34,934 nt of DNA from Myxococcota bacterium (GTDB lineage Bacteria > Myxococcota_A > UBA9042 > PHBI01 > JAWLBL01), in contig JAWLBL010000012.1 in NCBI GenBank assembly GCA_041687695.1, forward strand, positions 200,991-235,924, read 5' to 3'. Below the pieces are notes generated by a model, which was given only the letters and a program-made list of their open reading frames with translations, did not search any database and was not told the DNA's origin. The position numbers and the translations under genes were made by a program. This document shows positions 19,163 to 28,338 of this stretch, piece by piece. Numbering within the stretch: the stretch's first letter is position 1; each line of letters begins with the position of its first letter.

Positions 19163-19423
19163 CCGCGGCCGCCCCGGCTCCGGCCTCCCTCCCCCCTCTC
19201 CCCCCTTGGCGTCCGCCCCCTCGAGCGGTCGCGGCGCCCCCGTGCGCCTTCAAGCCGATTCCGGCCCCTCCCGAGCCCACACTCACCCGCTCCCAGCGCC
19301 CCCAACTCCCCCAAATCGACCCTCGGGTGGCCCCCGTCGGCGCCTCCGTGCCCCGTCGACGCCTCCCCCCCAGATCCGCACCCTTGGTGGGGCCGCGAGG
19401 GCGGCGCGGGGCCGGCGGGGGCG

Positions 19424-20545
19424 TCAGGGCTCGGGCTGGGGCGCGGGGTCGCGGTCGCGGTCGAGGTCGCGCAGGCGCTCCTCGCGCTCGCGTTCGATGC
19501 GCTCGTACTTCTCCTGGGCGGCGCGGGCGCGCTCGATGTACTTCAGGTAGGCGGGGACGGCCGTGGCCGAGGCAACGCCCAGCAGCGGGAGCGTCGCGCC
19601 GACACCTTCGAGGCGCAAGGAGACGGCGTCGCCCGAGCGTTCGATGACCAGCAGATCGCGCAGCTGCCGCAGCTGGTGGGTGGCGACGATCGCGCCGAGC
19701 GCCTCGAGGGTGTCGCCGCCATCGACGATCTGCTCCTTGTGCTGGATCGCGCCGGCGACCGCGAGGTCCAGGCCGGCCTTCGCCTGGCGCTCGATGGCCT
19801 CGACCGCCTTGGCGTCGCCGATCGCGACGACCTGCAGGTCCCCTTCTGGCCCCATGGCGAAGCCCGCGCCCCGCAGGGCACCACCGCCCGTGAAGTTGTC
19901 GTACTTGTCGGCGTCCACGTTGCCCAGGTGCATCGTCGCGATGACGCCGCTCCCGACGCCCAGGGCCTCGGCGGCCGCCGCGTGGTTCTGGCCGGCCTCG
20001 GAGCCCGCCGCGAGCGACGGGACGCGGCCCCTCTGCACCGCCGCGATGGCGTCGAGGCCGGTCGGGCTGCCGATGACGAGCACGTCACCGAGGAAGACCG
20101 CCTCGATCTGCCCCCCCTCCAGGGTCACGACCTGCATCCCGTCGCGCTCGGACACGCCCCGCGCGTCCGCCTTCAGCCGCCCCTCGAAGTCGCCCTCGAG
20201 CAGGGCCGCCCCCCACGCGCCCTTGGCGCCCATCACGCCCGTGACCCGGTCGACGTCGTGCACGTGCACCCCCAGGCGGTCCACCAGCAGGGCGCGCACC
20301 TCGGCCTCGAGCGCCGCGTCGCCCCACATGCCGCCCCCCGCCGCCGGCCGATGGCCAGGCCCCATCAACGGCTCGAGCCACATCCGCCGCGCGCTGGCCA
20401 CGTCGACCCGCACCAGCAGCTGCGCGTCCGCCGGGACGAGCGCATCGACCGCCCCACGCGCCGCCGCCCCGCCCCGCTCGATCGCCATCGCCGCCACGGC
20501 CACCACGGCCGTCACGCCCACCAGGATCGCCCCTCTCGCGCCCAT
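19424..20545 (-). CDS. Hypothetical exported protein (DUF3352-like start) with pilin-like C-terminal helix
   Basis: ATG 20545, hydrophobic N-terminus, ALVPADAQLLVRVD, LVIGS and C-terminal LLGVASATAVPAYLKYIERAR. Confidence 0.7.
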   Translation of the reverse strand: MGARGAILVGVTAVVAVAAMAIERGGAAARGAVDALVPADAQLLVRVDVASARRMWLEPLMGPGHRPAAGGGMWGDAALEAEVRALLVDRLGVHVHDVDRVTGVMGAKGAWGAALLEGDFEGRLKADARGVSERDGMQVVTLEGGQIEAVFLGDVLVIGSPTGLDAIAAVQRGRVPSLAAGSEAGQNHAAAAEALGVGSGVIATMHLGNVDADKYDNFTGGGALRGAGFAMGPEGDLQVVAIGDAKAVEAIERQAKAGLDLAVAGAIQHKEQIVDGGDTLEALGAIVATHQLRQLRDLLVIERSGDAVSLRLEGVGATLPLLGVASATAVPAYLKYIERARAAQEKYERIEREREERLRDLDRDRDPAPQPEP

Positions 20546-20598
20546 GTGCCACCCCTCGCCCCGTCCGTTGCGCGCCGACGTTAGCCCGGACCGACCGC

Positions 20599-21804
20599 TC
20601 ACGGATAGAGCAAGTAACGCGCGCGCCGCTCGCCGAAGGCGGCCAGCTCGTCTCGCCAGCCCGCCTCGATCTCGCCGGCCGAGCGCCCCCGCCGCACCGC
20701 AGCGAGCACCTCGGGCGTGCCCCACACCCGCGCGACCGCGGCGTCCGCCCGCAGCGCGTGCTGCCCCGGGTACAGGCGCTCGAGCGTGGTCAAGAGCGTC
20801 AGCGCCGTGCGAATCGGTCGGAAGGCGAGCGGGTCGGTGACGACCAGCTGGACGCCGTGCAGCGTCTGCTTGGCGAAGCGGTGATAGTAGGGGACGAAGG
20901 TGGTCGGGCGGAAGGCCGCCCCAGGCAGGCGCGCCTCGGCCAGCGCGTCCGCGAAGGCCGCCGCGTCGACGAACGTGGCGCCGACCAGGGCGAACGGCAG
21001 CGTCGTGCCAACGCCCTCGTTCACGTTCTTGCTGATGCCGCCGACCATGCCGGTCGCCACGTAATGGAAGGGGCTGTCGGCGACCGGGATCCCTGGCGAC
21101 GTGGGAACCCAGTGCAGGCCCGTGTCGCGCCAGGTCATCGCGCGCCGCCACCCCTTCATCACCACGACCTCGAGGTCGCAGCCCAGCCCCAGCTCGCCGT
21201 TGTAGAACCGGGCCAGCTCGCCGACCGTCATCCCGTGCGTGACGGGCAGCGGCCCCCACCCGATGAAGCTGCGATGCTCGGGCCGCACCACCGGGCCCTC
21301 GAACACCAGCCCACCCAGCGGGTTGGGGCGATCGAGGACGACGAGCGGCACCCCGAACTGCGCGCAGGACTTCATGACCTCGCCCAGGGTCGACACGAAG
21401 GTGTAGGTGCGCGACCCCACGTCCTGGATGTCGAAGACCAGGACGTCCACTCCCTTCAGCGACGCGGCGTCGGGGCGGCGCCGCTTTCCGAACAGGCCCG
21501 TGACCGGGACGCCGGTCGCGGGATCGCGCTCGTCGGCGACGCGGCGACCCGCGGGCAACGCGCCACGCAGGCCGTGCTCCGGGGCGAACAGACGCGCCAG
21601 GGTGACGCGCGGGTCGCGATGCAGCCGATCGGCCGTCGCCACCAGCTGGCCGTCCACGCCCGACGCGTTGGTGACCAGCCCCACGCGCTTGCCGGCGACC
21701 AGCTCGGCGCGTTCGGTGAGCAGGACGTCGACCCCGAGGGTGACCGGCGCGGGCGCGGGCTGGACCAAGGAGGCGAGCAGGAGCGCGGCGAGGGCGAGCA
21801 ACAT
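20599..21804 (-). CDS. namZ: Exo-beta-N-acetylmuramidase NamZ (DUF1343)
   Basis: Signal peptide; GKRVGLVTNASG, LFAPEHG, FDIQDVGSRTYTF, LDRPNP, HGMTVGELA, WVPTSP, EGVGT; ends RYLLYP. Confidence 0.93.
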   Translation of the reverse strand: MLLALAALLLASLVQPAPAPVTLGVDVLLTERAELVAGKRVGLVTNASGVDGQLVATADRLHRDPRVTLARLFAPEHGLRGALPAGRRVADERDPATGVPVTGLFGKRRRPDAASLKGVDVLVFDIQDVGSRTYTFVSTLGEVMKSCAQFGVPLVVLDRPNPLGGLVFEGPVVRPEHRSFIGWGPLPVTHGMTVGELARFYNGELGLGCDLEVVVMKGWRRAMTWRDTGLHWVPTSPGIPVADSPFHYVATGMVGGISKNVNEGVGTTLPFALVGATFVDAAAFADALAEARLPGAAFRPTTFVPYYHRFAKQTLHGVQLVVTDPLAFRPIRTALTLLTTLERLYPGQHALRADAAVARVWGTPEVLAAVRRGRSAGEIEAGWRDELAAFGERRARYLLYP

Positions 21805-21882
21805 GCCCGTCGGTATAGCACGCGTGGACCGGCGCGCGCGGCCGGGGGTAAGGTGCCCCGGCGACGGCGAGCGAGGTGACCC

Positions 21883-24126
21883 GTGAGCGTGCAGCGGTGG
21901 TGGCGAGGGATGGCGGCGGCGAGCGCGCTGGCGCTGGTGTTGGCGGCGGCGGGGTCGGCGCAGGCGGCCGACCCGGCGATGCGGATCGCGGTCCTGGAGT
22001 TCGCGGCGGCCGGCGGCGACGCCGAGCTGGCGAGCCTGGGCAAGGGCCTGCAGAGCATGATCACGACCGATCTGGCGCAGATCGATCGCTTCACGCTGGT
22101 CGAGCGCGCGCGGCTCTCGGAGCTGGAGAAGGAGCTGAAGCTGGCGCGCTCGGGGCTGGTCGACAAGAAGACCGCCGTGAAGCTGGGCAAGCTGGCTGGC
22201 GCGACGCACTTGCTGAGCGGGTCGTTCACGGTGGTCGGCGAGCAGATGCGGTTGGACGCGCAGCTGTTCGCCGTCAAGGACGGCAAGGTCGCGCTGGCCG
22301 AGAAGATCGAGGGCGAGCGCGAGGCGTTCTTCGAGCTCGAAAAGGAGCTGGTCCGCAAGCTCGTCGGGGCGCTGGGCGTGAAGCTGGCCCCCAAGGAGCG
22401 GGCGAGCCTGGGCAAGGTGCACACGGCGGACTTCGAGGCCTTCCGGCAGTTCAGCCGAGGCGTCGCGGCCTTCGACGCCGAGCGTTGGGACGATGCGCTG
22501 GCCGCCCTGCGCGAGGCCTCGCGGCGGGACGCCGACTTCGCGCTGGCCAAGGTCACGCTGGCCGAATACGAGCGCATCATCGGGCGGCTGAGGTCGCGGG
22601 CCGACGAGATCCTGGCGGCGAAGAAGGAGCTGGAGCGGCTCGAGAAGCTGAAGGAGCGCGACACCGAAGCGGCAGTGGTCGGGCGCCTGTTCGCCATCGC
22701 GCAAGGCAAGGACCCGCGGCTGCAGCTGGCGGCGACGCTGGCCCTGGCGGTGGCCTACGCGCCGCTGGGGTCGAACCGAGGCCGCCTGCTGACCCTGCGC
22801 GGCAGCGAGGATCGCTTCGCGATGCAGCGCACGGCCGACGCGATGGTCCGGGCGTACTACGCCGCCGCGACCGCCCGCTTCCCGGCCGTGCCGGTGCTCC
22901 CGAGCGACCGCCTGATCGGGCGGATGCCCGAGCAGCCGGACGAGGTGGACGCGTGGGTCGCCAAGCTGGCCCAGCGGCTCGAGGAGGAGGGCGCCGACTA
23001 CCCCGACAACCGCAAGAACCTGATGCTGAACAGCCTGCGCTGGCCGGTCCCGGTGGCCGAGCGGCTGGGCCTGGACGTGGCCGGCGCCGCGGCGATGACC
23101 GAGCGCCTGTACGAGCAGGGCCTGAAGCTGGGAGCCGACGCCTTCTGGCGCGACGAGCAGCGCGAGCTGCTGGTGAAGCTGTTCCGGCGGACACTGGCCC
23201 TCGACCGCGCGACGAAGCTGCTGGCGGCGTGGAGCGGCGAGACCGACAACGCTCACAAGCTCAAGGGCTTCGCGAGCGAGCTGGAGAAGAACCGGGACCT
23301 CGCGGCGATCCTGGAGGGGGCCACGCGCCACCGGGCCGAGGTCGCCGAGTTCGTGCGCGGCAACGTCGAGCGGCTGGCCATCAAGACGATGAAGCGCATG
23401 GTGGACGAGCTGTTCTCGGGCGAGCGGCTCGGGGCGGCCGCGCTGGCCGAGCTGGCGCGGACGCGACAGGTGGCCAACGACGACTTCGTGCTGCTGGGTG
23501 ACCACCCGGTCTGGCCGCTCCAGGGGCACTTCTGGATGGTGACCGGGCCGCGGACGGACGCGCGGCGGGCTCAGGGGCTGCGCTATTACCGCGAAGCGAC
23601 CCGCGAGCCGTTCGACGCGCTGGCCATCGTCGACGGGACCCCTCGCGAGCGCCTGACGGCCCGCTTCCGGCTGGAGGCGACGCCACCGAAGGGCTGGTGG
23701 CCGCGCGGCAAGTCGGCCAAGGGCGCGGACTCCCTGGCGGATCTCGGGCTGACCCGCGAGCGGCCGGCGGCGGCCTTCCTGTTCGGCGTGTCCGACGTCG
23801 ACTGCGCGCCCAAGGACCGGCCGATGAAGGGGCACGCGGTCGTGTTCACGCCGGAGGCGGTGCGCCTCGTGCGCTTCACCGAGTCGGCGCGCGGCTCGTT
23901 CGGACGCAAGACGGCGTGGCAGGAGGTGGTGCTGGGCGAGCGGCGGCTGAGCTGGGGCAGCCGCCCGCTGGAGGTCGAGGTGGCCGTGCGCGGGGCCGAG
24001 GTGACGGTGAAGGCCGGCGGTGAGACGCTGAAGGTCAAGGCGCCCGAGGCCGGGAGCGGGTTCTACGGCTTCCGGTTCGGCGGGGAAGGCTACGTCGGGG
24101 TCGAGGCGCTGGAGGTGAAGCCGTGA
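21883..24126 (+). CDS. Exported protein with N-terminal CsgG/TolB-N-like domain, helical middle and beta-rich C-terminal domain
   Basis: GAGG RBS, signal peptide ending AQA, RIAVLEF...LGKGLQSMITTDLA...LVERARL...AVKLGKLAGATHLLSGSF. Confidence 0.85.
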   Translation: MSVQRWWRGMAAASALALVLAAAGSAQAADPAMRIAVLEFAAAGGDAELASLGKGLQSMITTDLAQIDRFTLVERARLSELEKELKLARSGLVDKKTAVKLGKLAGATHLLSGSFTVVGEQMRLDAQLFAVKDGKVALAEKIEGEREAFFELEKELVRKLVGALGVKLAPKERASLGKVHTADFEAFRQFSRGVAAFDAERWDDALAALREASRRDADFALAKVTLAEYERIIGRLRSRADEILAAKKELERLEKLKERDTEAAVVGRLFAIAQGKDPRLQLAATLALAVAYAPLGSNRGRLLTLRGSEDRFAMQRTADAMVRAYYAAATARFPAVPVLPSDRLIGRMPEQPDEVDAWVAKLAQRLEEEGADYPDNRKNLMLNSLRWPVPVAERLGLDVAGAAAMTERLYEQGLKLGADAFWRDEQRELLVKLFRRTLALDRATKLLAAWSGETDNAHKLKGFASELEKNRDLAAILEGATRHRAEVAEFVRGNVERLAIKTMKRMVDELFSGERLGAAALAELARTRQVANDDFVLLGDHPVWPLQGHFWMVTGPRTDARRAQGLRYYREATREPFDALAIVDGTPRERLTARFRLEATPPKGWWPRGKSAKGADSLADLGLTRERPAAAFLFGVSDVDCAPKDRPMKGHAVVFTPEAVRLVRFTESARGSFGRKTAWQEVVLGERRLSWGSRPLEVEVAVRGAEVTVKAGGETLKVKAPEAGSGFYGFRFGGEGYVGVEALEVKP

Positions 24127-25244
24127 GCGGGTCCGGGAACGGCGGCAAGGGGCTGGTCGGGGCGTTGGCGGTGCTGGCCGCGGTGGGGATCGGGGCGATC
24201 TTGTGGGGGACCGGGGTGTTCGGGGAGGCGGTGGCCGAAGCCGAAGCCGAGGCGGTGTCCGGGGCGGTGGCGGTGGCCGAGGTCGAGACGGTGGCCGAGG
24301 CCGAGGCGGTGGCCGGGGCCGAGGCGGTGGCCGAGGCCGAGGCGGTGGCCGGGGCTGAGGCTGGAGCCGAGGCGGGGGCCGAGGCCGGGGCCGTGGCCGA
24401 GGCCGGGGCCGGGGCCGGGGCCGGGGCCGAGGCGGTGGCCGGGGCCGAGGCGGTGGCCGGGGCCGGGGCCGGGGCCGGGGCCGAGACGGTGCCCGAGGCT
24501 GGGGAGGCGCCGGGTGGGGAGCGGGCCGCGATCGACGCGGCGCTGGCGAGCCTGGGGCCGGCGGCGCCGGCGGAGTGTCAGGCGGAGGCGGGCCTGGCGG
24601 TCGGGCTGCTCGGGCCGGCGGGGCTGCTGGCGGGCGGCGAGGTGGACGGCAAGCGGCCCCGGGACGAGCAGGCGGCGCGGCTCCTCGCCGCGCTGCCGGC
24701 GGGCGAGCGGGACGCCGAGCGGTTGGCGCTGCTCGCGCGGGCACGGCTGTTCGTGGGCGACGCCGAGGGGGCGTCGTCGGCGGCGCGGCTGGCGGCTTCG
24801 GCCTGTCCGGGCTGGGCGGCGGCCCACAACCTGGTCGGCAACGCCGAGCAGAAGACGCGCCGGCTGGAGTCGGCCGAGGCGGCCTACGCGAAGGCGAGCG
24901 AGCTGGACGAGGGCTTCCTGGCGCCGCGCTTCAACGGCGGGCTGCTGGCGCTGCGGCGCGGCGACGGGCCGGTGGCGGCCGCGCGGCTGTCGCAGGTGCT
25001 GGCCCTCGAGCCCGGGCACCCGATCGCCCACCTGGTGCGCGGGCAGGCGTGGCTGCTGGCCGACCAGGCGGCCCTGGCGGCGACCGATCTCGAGGAGGCG
25101 ACGCGGCGGCGACCCGACGACGGCGCGGCCTGGATGCTGCTGGGCCAGGCCCGCGACAAGGCCGGGCACGCCCAGGCCGAGGACGCCTATTGCCGCGCCA
25201 GGGCGCTGGGCGTGTCGGAGGCGGCCGCCCGCTGCACCCGCTGA
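24123..25244 (+). CDS. Membrane-anchored TPR protein with Ala/Glu/Gly-rich stalk
   Basis: GTGA overlap with the upstream gene, N-terminal TM helix, EAVA/GA repeats, and TPRs (AHNLVGNA, AHLVRGQA, AWMLLGQA). Confidence 0.82.
   Translation: MSGSGNGGKGLVGALAVLAAVGIGAILWGTGVFGEAVAEAEAEAVSGAVAVAEVETVAEAEAVAGAEAVAEAEAVAGAEAGAEAGAEAGAVAEAGAGAGAGAEAVAGAEAVAGAGAGAGAETVPEAGEAPGGERAAIDAALASLGPAAPAECQAEAGLAVGLLGPAGLLAGGEVDGKRPRDEQAARLLAALPAGERDAERLALLARARLFVGDAEGASSAARLAASACPGWAAAHNLVGNAEQKTRRLESAEAAYAKASELDEGFLAPRFNGGLLALRRGDGPVAAARLSQVLALEPGHPIAHLVRGQAWLLADQAALAATDLEEATRRRPDDGAAWMLLGQARDKAGHAQAEDAYCRARALGVSEAAARCTR
24225..24500 (+). repeat. Low-complexity coding repeat built from GAGGCC/GGGGCC/GTGGCC hexamers
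   Basis: Recurrent GCCGAGGCGGTGGCC and GGGGCC units encoding AEAVA/GAGA. Confidence 0.8.
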
Positions 25245-25248
25245 CGGG

Positions 25249-25983
25249 TCACTGCATCAGCTTGTCGAGCGCCTCCGAGGCCAGGGCGAAGTCGGGCTGG
25301 GCGGCGACCACGGCCTGCAGCGTGGCCTTCGCCTCGTCCTTGTTGCCCTGGTCGAGGGCGTCGAGGGCCTGGCCGAACTGGACGGCGGCGGCCGTCTTCA
25401 GGGCCTTGGGCCGCTTGGGACGAGGACGCGGCTTGGCGGGGGCCTGGGGCGCGGGCGGCGGCGCCGGGTAGCGCGCGAAGAACGCGCCCAGCGCGTCGGC
25501 CAGCTTGGCCTGGACCTCGAGGAAGTCCCCCGGCGCGCCCTGGGCGCCGATCGACGTCACGATCTCGCCCGTCTCGACCCGCACGAGGCGCGCGTCGGCC
25601 CGCAGGCGCCCCATCACGTCGAAGTAGCTGCCCAGCACCAGGTAGCGCGCGTTCAGCAGCTTGCCGATGCGGTTCGCGGTCGCCGGGTCGACCTTCTTGG
25701 TGCGGCCCAGCTCCAGCTCGGCCAGCACCGCCTCGAGGCGCTCGCGCTCGACCACGCGCAGCCCGTCGTGGGCCGCCAGATCCGTGATGAGCATCTGGGC
25801 GAGGCCCTTGCGCAGGGCCTCCAGCTCGGCGCTCTGCCCGGCGTAGTCGAAGTACAGCACCGCCACGATCGGCCGCGCATCGCCCTTGGCCACGGCCGGC
25901 TCGGCCGCCCTCGCCACGCCCGCGCCCAGCACCAGCGCCGCCGCCAGCGCCACGTTCACCCAACGCCTCGCCTTGCCCTGCAT
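25249..25983 (-). CDS. CsgG/HfaB-like exported protein
   Basis: ATG 25983, signal peptide ending ARA, VAVLYFD...LRKGLAQMLITDLA...VVERERL...RIGKLLNARYLVLGSY...RLVRVETGEI, TPR-like tail. Confidence 0.85.
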   Translation of the reverse strand: MQGKARRWVNVALAAALVLGAGVARAAEPAVAKGDARPIVAVLYFDYAGQSAELEALRKGLAQMLITDLAAHDGLRVVERERLEAVLAELELGRTKKVDPATANRIGKLLNARYLVLGSYFDVMGRLRADARLVRVETGEIVTSIGAQGAPGDFLEVQAKLADALGAFFARYPAPPPAPQAPAKPRPRPKRPKALKTAAAVQFGQALDALDQGNKDEAKATLQAVVAAQPDFALASEALDKLMQ

Positions 25984-26136
25984 CGCCCACCTCGCCGTCG
26001 CCTGCGCGCCATCGTGGCACACGGGGCGACCCGCCGCTAGGGACGCCCTCCGCCGCGGCGCTATCCTGAAGCTCCCGCCCCTCCCCCCTTGGGCTCCCCC
26101 CACCTCCCCCACCCTCCCCTCGCCAGGAGTGTCCCC

Positions 26137-26931
26137 ATGCTCCCAGGCCCCCTCGCGGCCGCGGCCCTCGCCGCCCTCGCGCTGCTGACCGCCTGCCCCG
26201 AGCGCCAGGTCACCGGCGCCCCGCCCCTGCCCCGCCCCGCGCTCGTCAGCGTCGGCGACCTCGCCCACACCCTCCGCCTGGCCGACCACCGCGTCGCCAT
26301 CGGCCCCGCCCTGAACCTGCCCTTCGTCCCCGCCCCGGGCCGCCTCCTGCGCGTCGACGGCCAGGAGGTCGTCGCCTTCGACTTCCCCTCCGTCGCCGAC
26401 CGCGCCGCCTTCACGCGTACCATTGGCGCCGCCTCCACACGCACCATCGCAGCGGCTGGCGACGCGGCTGGCGCCTCCGCCCCCGACGACGGCCCCGGCC
26501 TGGCCCACATGGGCGGCCGCGCCGTCTACTGGGCCCAGACCCCGCACCTGTGGGCCAACGGCCAGCTGCTCGTCCTGGCGCTCGACGCCGCCCCCTCGCT
26601 CCAGGCGCTGCTGGGCCACGTCCTGGGCCCTCAGCTGACCGCCCCCGACGCCCGCGGCGTCGCCCAGCCCCCCATGGGCGCCGCGCTGGCCCGCCGCGCG
26701 CTGGCCGATCGCCTGGGCCGCCCCGAGGCGGACGTCCGCCTGATCGCCTGGGAGCCGCTCGGCGACGCCAGCGGCCCGGTCGCGCCGGCCTACCGCGTCA
26801 GCCTGGCCCACCAGGGCGAGACCTGGGTGGTCGCCACCGACGCCGAGGGCGCGCGCGTCCAGGTCGAGCACGGCCCGCGCGTCCTGCCGGTCGACTATCG
26901 GCAGCCCGCCCCGACCCGCTGCCCGCGCTGA
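26137..26931 (+). CDS. Hypothetical two-domain lipoprotein
   Basis: AGGAG RBS, ATG 26137, lipobox LTAC. Confidence 0.75.
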   Translation: MLPGPLAAAALAALALLTACPERQVTGAPPLPRPALVSVGDLAHTLRLADHRVAIGPALNLPFVPAPGRLLRVDGQEVVAFDFPSVADRAAFTRTIGAASTRTIAAAGDAAGASAPDDGPGLAHMGGRAVYWAQTPHLWANGQLLVLALDAAPSLQALLGHVLGPQLTAPDARGVAQPPMGAALARRALADRLGRPEADVRLIAWEPLGDASGPVAPAYRVSLAHQGETWVVATDAEGARVQVEHGPRVLPVDYRQPAPTRCPR

Positions 26932-27090
26932 GCGTTCGCCCCACGGGACCCCGCTGTTATGCCCCGTAGGGTCCCTGGCATTTCTTCGGCCGGATGACCT
27001 CCGCTAGGCTCTCCGGGTCGCGTTGCGTCCGACGGGACGGCCCCGATCGGGCGCGGCGACGCACCGACCGACCCACGGGGAGCCGCCGCC

Positions 27091-28335
27091 ATGACCACCA
27101 CGACCCTGCGCCACCTCGCCCTCACCCTGGTCCTCGGCCTCGTCGCCACCCTGCTGGCCGCGTGCGGCGACGCCGACCCCGCCGCGGGCGACGACAAGAA
27201 CCCGCTCGGCGCCGACGCCGTCGCCACCGACACGGGCTCCGGCGGCGCCGACGCGACCACGCCCGACGACCCCGACGGCACCCACGGCGACGACACCGAC
27301 CCGACCACCGGGCCCGGGGATCCGGACGCGACCGCAGGCCCCGACGGCGCACCAGACCCCGCCCCGGGCTTCCCCGACGACTTCGGCGACGCCTGCACGG
27401 GCGAGGTCGACTGCTCGACCGGCTGGTGCGTCCCCAGCGGCATGGGCTCCATCTGCACGGTCCCGTGCGTCGACGCCTGTCCGACCGGCTGGCAGTGCGT
27501 CAAGGCCTCGGGCAGCACGGTCGACGTGGTCTACCTGTGCGTGCCCCAGCCCGAGCGCCTGTGCCTGCCCTGCCTGACGGACGCGAACTGCGGCGCCGGC
27601 TCTTGCCAGGCCTACCCCGACGGCAACGCCTGCACGATCCTCTGCGACGCCGCGGACCCCTGCCCCGCGGGCTACCTCTGCCAGGAGGTGACCAGCGCCG
27701 CGGACCCCAGCAAGACCTCGACCCAGTGCGTCCCCGAGACCGGCCTGTGCCACGATCCGGGCACCGTCGATCCCACGGACCCGACCGATCCGACCGATCC
27801 CACCGACCCCACCGACCCGACCGATCCGACGGACCCCACGGACCCGACCGACCCGACCGATCCCACCGATCCCACGGATCCGACCGATCCCACGGACCCG
27901 ACCGATCCCACCGATCCCACGGACCCGACCGACCCCACCGATCCCACGGACCCGACCGATCCGACCGATCCCCCGGTGAAGGACTCCGACGGCGACGGCA
28001 TCCCGGACGACGAGGACCTCCTGCCCTGCGTGGCCATCCTGCTCCAGGTGTGGAACCAGGGCGTGACCGCGGCCAGCATCTCGCTCAACGGACAGGTCGC
28101 CATCGCCTCCGGCGCCTTCCCGACCGACCAGGTGATCGAGATGTACGTCAACGCCAAGCCCGGCGAGAACGTGCTCGAGCTGGGTGGCAAGCTGGCGGGC
28201 GCGCCCAAGGACTCGCTGCACTTCCGCATCTCGGACACCTGGGGCAACGTCTACCTCGACGAGATCGTGGTGCGTCAGCCCGGCAACCCCAGCCTCGACG
28301 CGCTGACCTTCACCATCGACGTCTCCTGCGACTGA
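27091..28335 (+). CDS. Cys-rich lipoprotein with (DPT)22 linker and C-terminal beta-rich domain
   Basis: GGAG RBS, lipobox LAAC, Cys-rich block, DPT repeats, DSDGDGIPD Ca-binding-like loop. Confidence 0.88.
   Translation: MTTTTLRHLALTLVLGLVATLLAACGDADPAAGDDKNPLGADAVATDTGSGGADATTPDDPDGTHGDDTDPTTGPGDPDATAGPDGAPDPAPGFPDDFGDACTGEVDCSTGWCVPSGMGSICTVPCVDACPTGWQCVKASGSTVDVVYLCVPQPERLCLPCLTDANCGAGSCQAYPDGNACTILCDAADPCPAGYLCQEVTSAADPSKTSTQCVPETGLCHDPGTVDPTDPTDPTDPTDPTDPTDPTDPTDPTDPTDPTDPTDPTDPTDPTDPTDPTDPTDPTDPTDPTDPTDPPVKDSDGDGIPDDEDLLPCVAILLQVWNQGVTAASISLNGQVAIASGAFPTDQVIEMYVNAKPGENVLELGGKLAGAPKDSLHFRISDTWGNVYLDEIVVRQPGNPSLDALTFTIDVSCD
27769..27966 (+). repeat. 22 x 9-bp tandem repeat GAYCCSACS encoding Asp-Pro-Thr
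   Basis: 198 bp of uninterrupted units that vary only at third codon positions. Confidence 0.95.
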
Positions 28336-28338
28336 CCC

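Noticed and set aside
19206..19251. TTGGCGTCCG...CCCGTGCGCCTTC shared with 33141-33170
   Set aside because: The spacing differs and the blocks are short, so chance in GC-rich DNA cannot be excluded.
17920..19334. 10-bp inverted repeat GGGGCCACCC/GGGTGGCCCC as IS ends around the RAYT
   Set aside because: Short and almost all GC, and Y1 elements do not use terminal inverted repeats.
20599..24744. 1381-aa NamZ fusion
   Set aside because: The upstream 980 codons are antisense to two real plus-strand genes. The signal peptide starts at 21804.
21883..25983. Curli secretion system
   Set aside because: No csgA/B/E/F, and the CsgG-like proteins lack a lipobox.
26941..27080. Structured RNA upstream of the DPT lipoprotein
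   Set aside because: Only short GC-rich stems, with no match to a riboswitch I can recognise.
27769..27966. CRISPR or non-coding satellite
   Set aside because: It is an in-frame 9-bp coding repeat without spacers.
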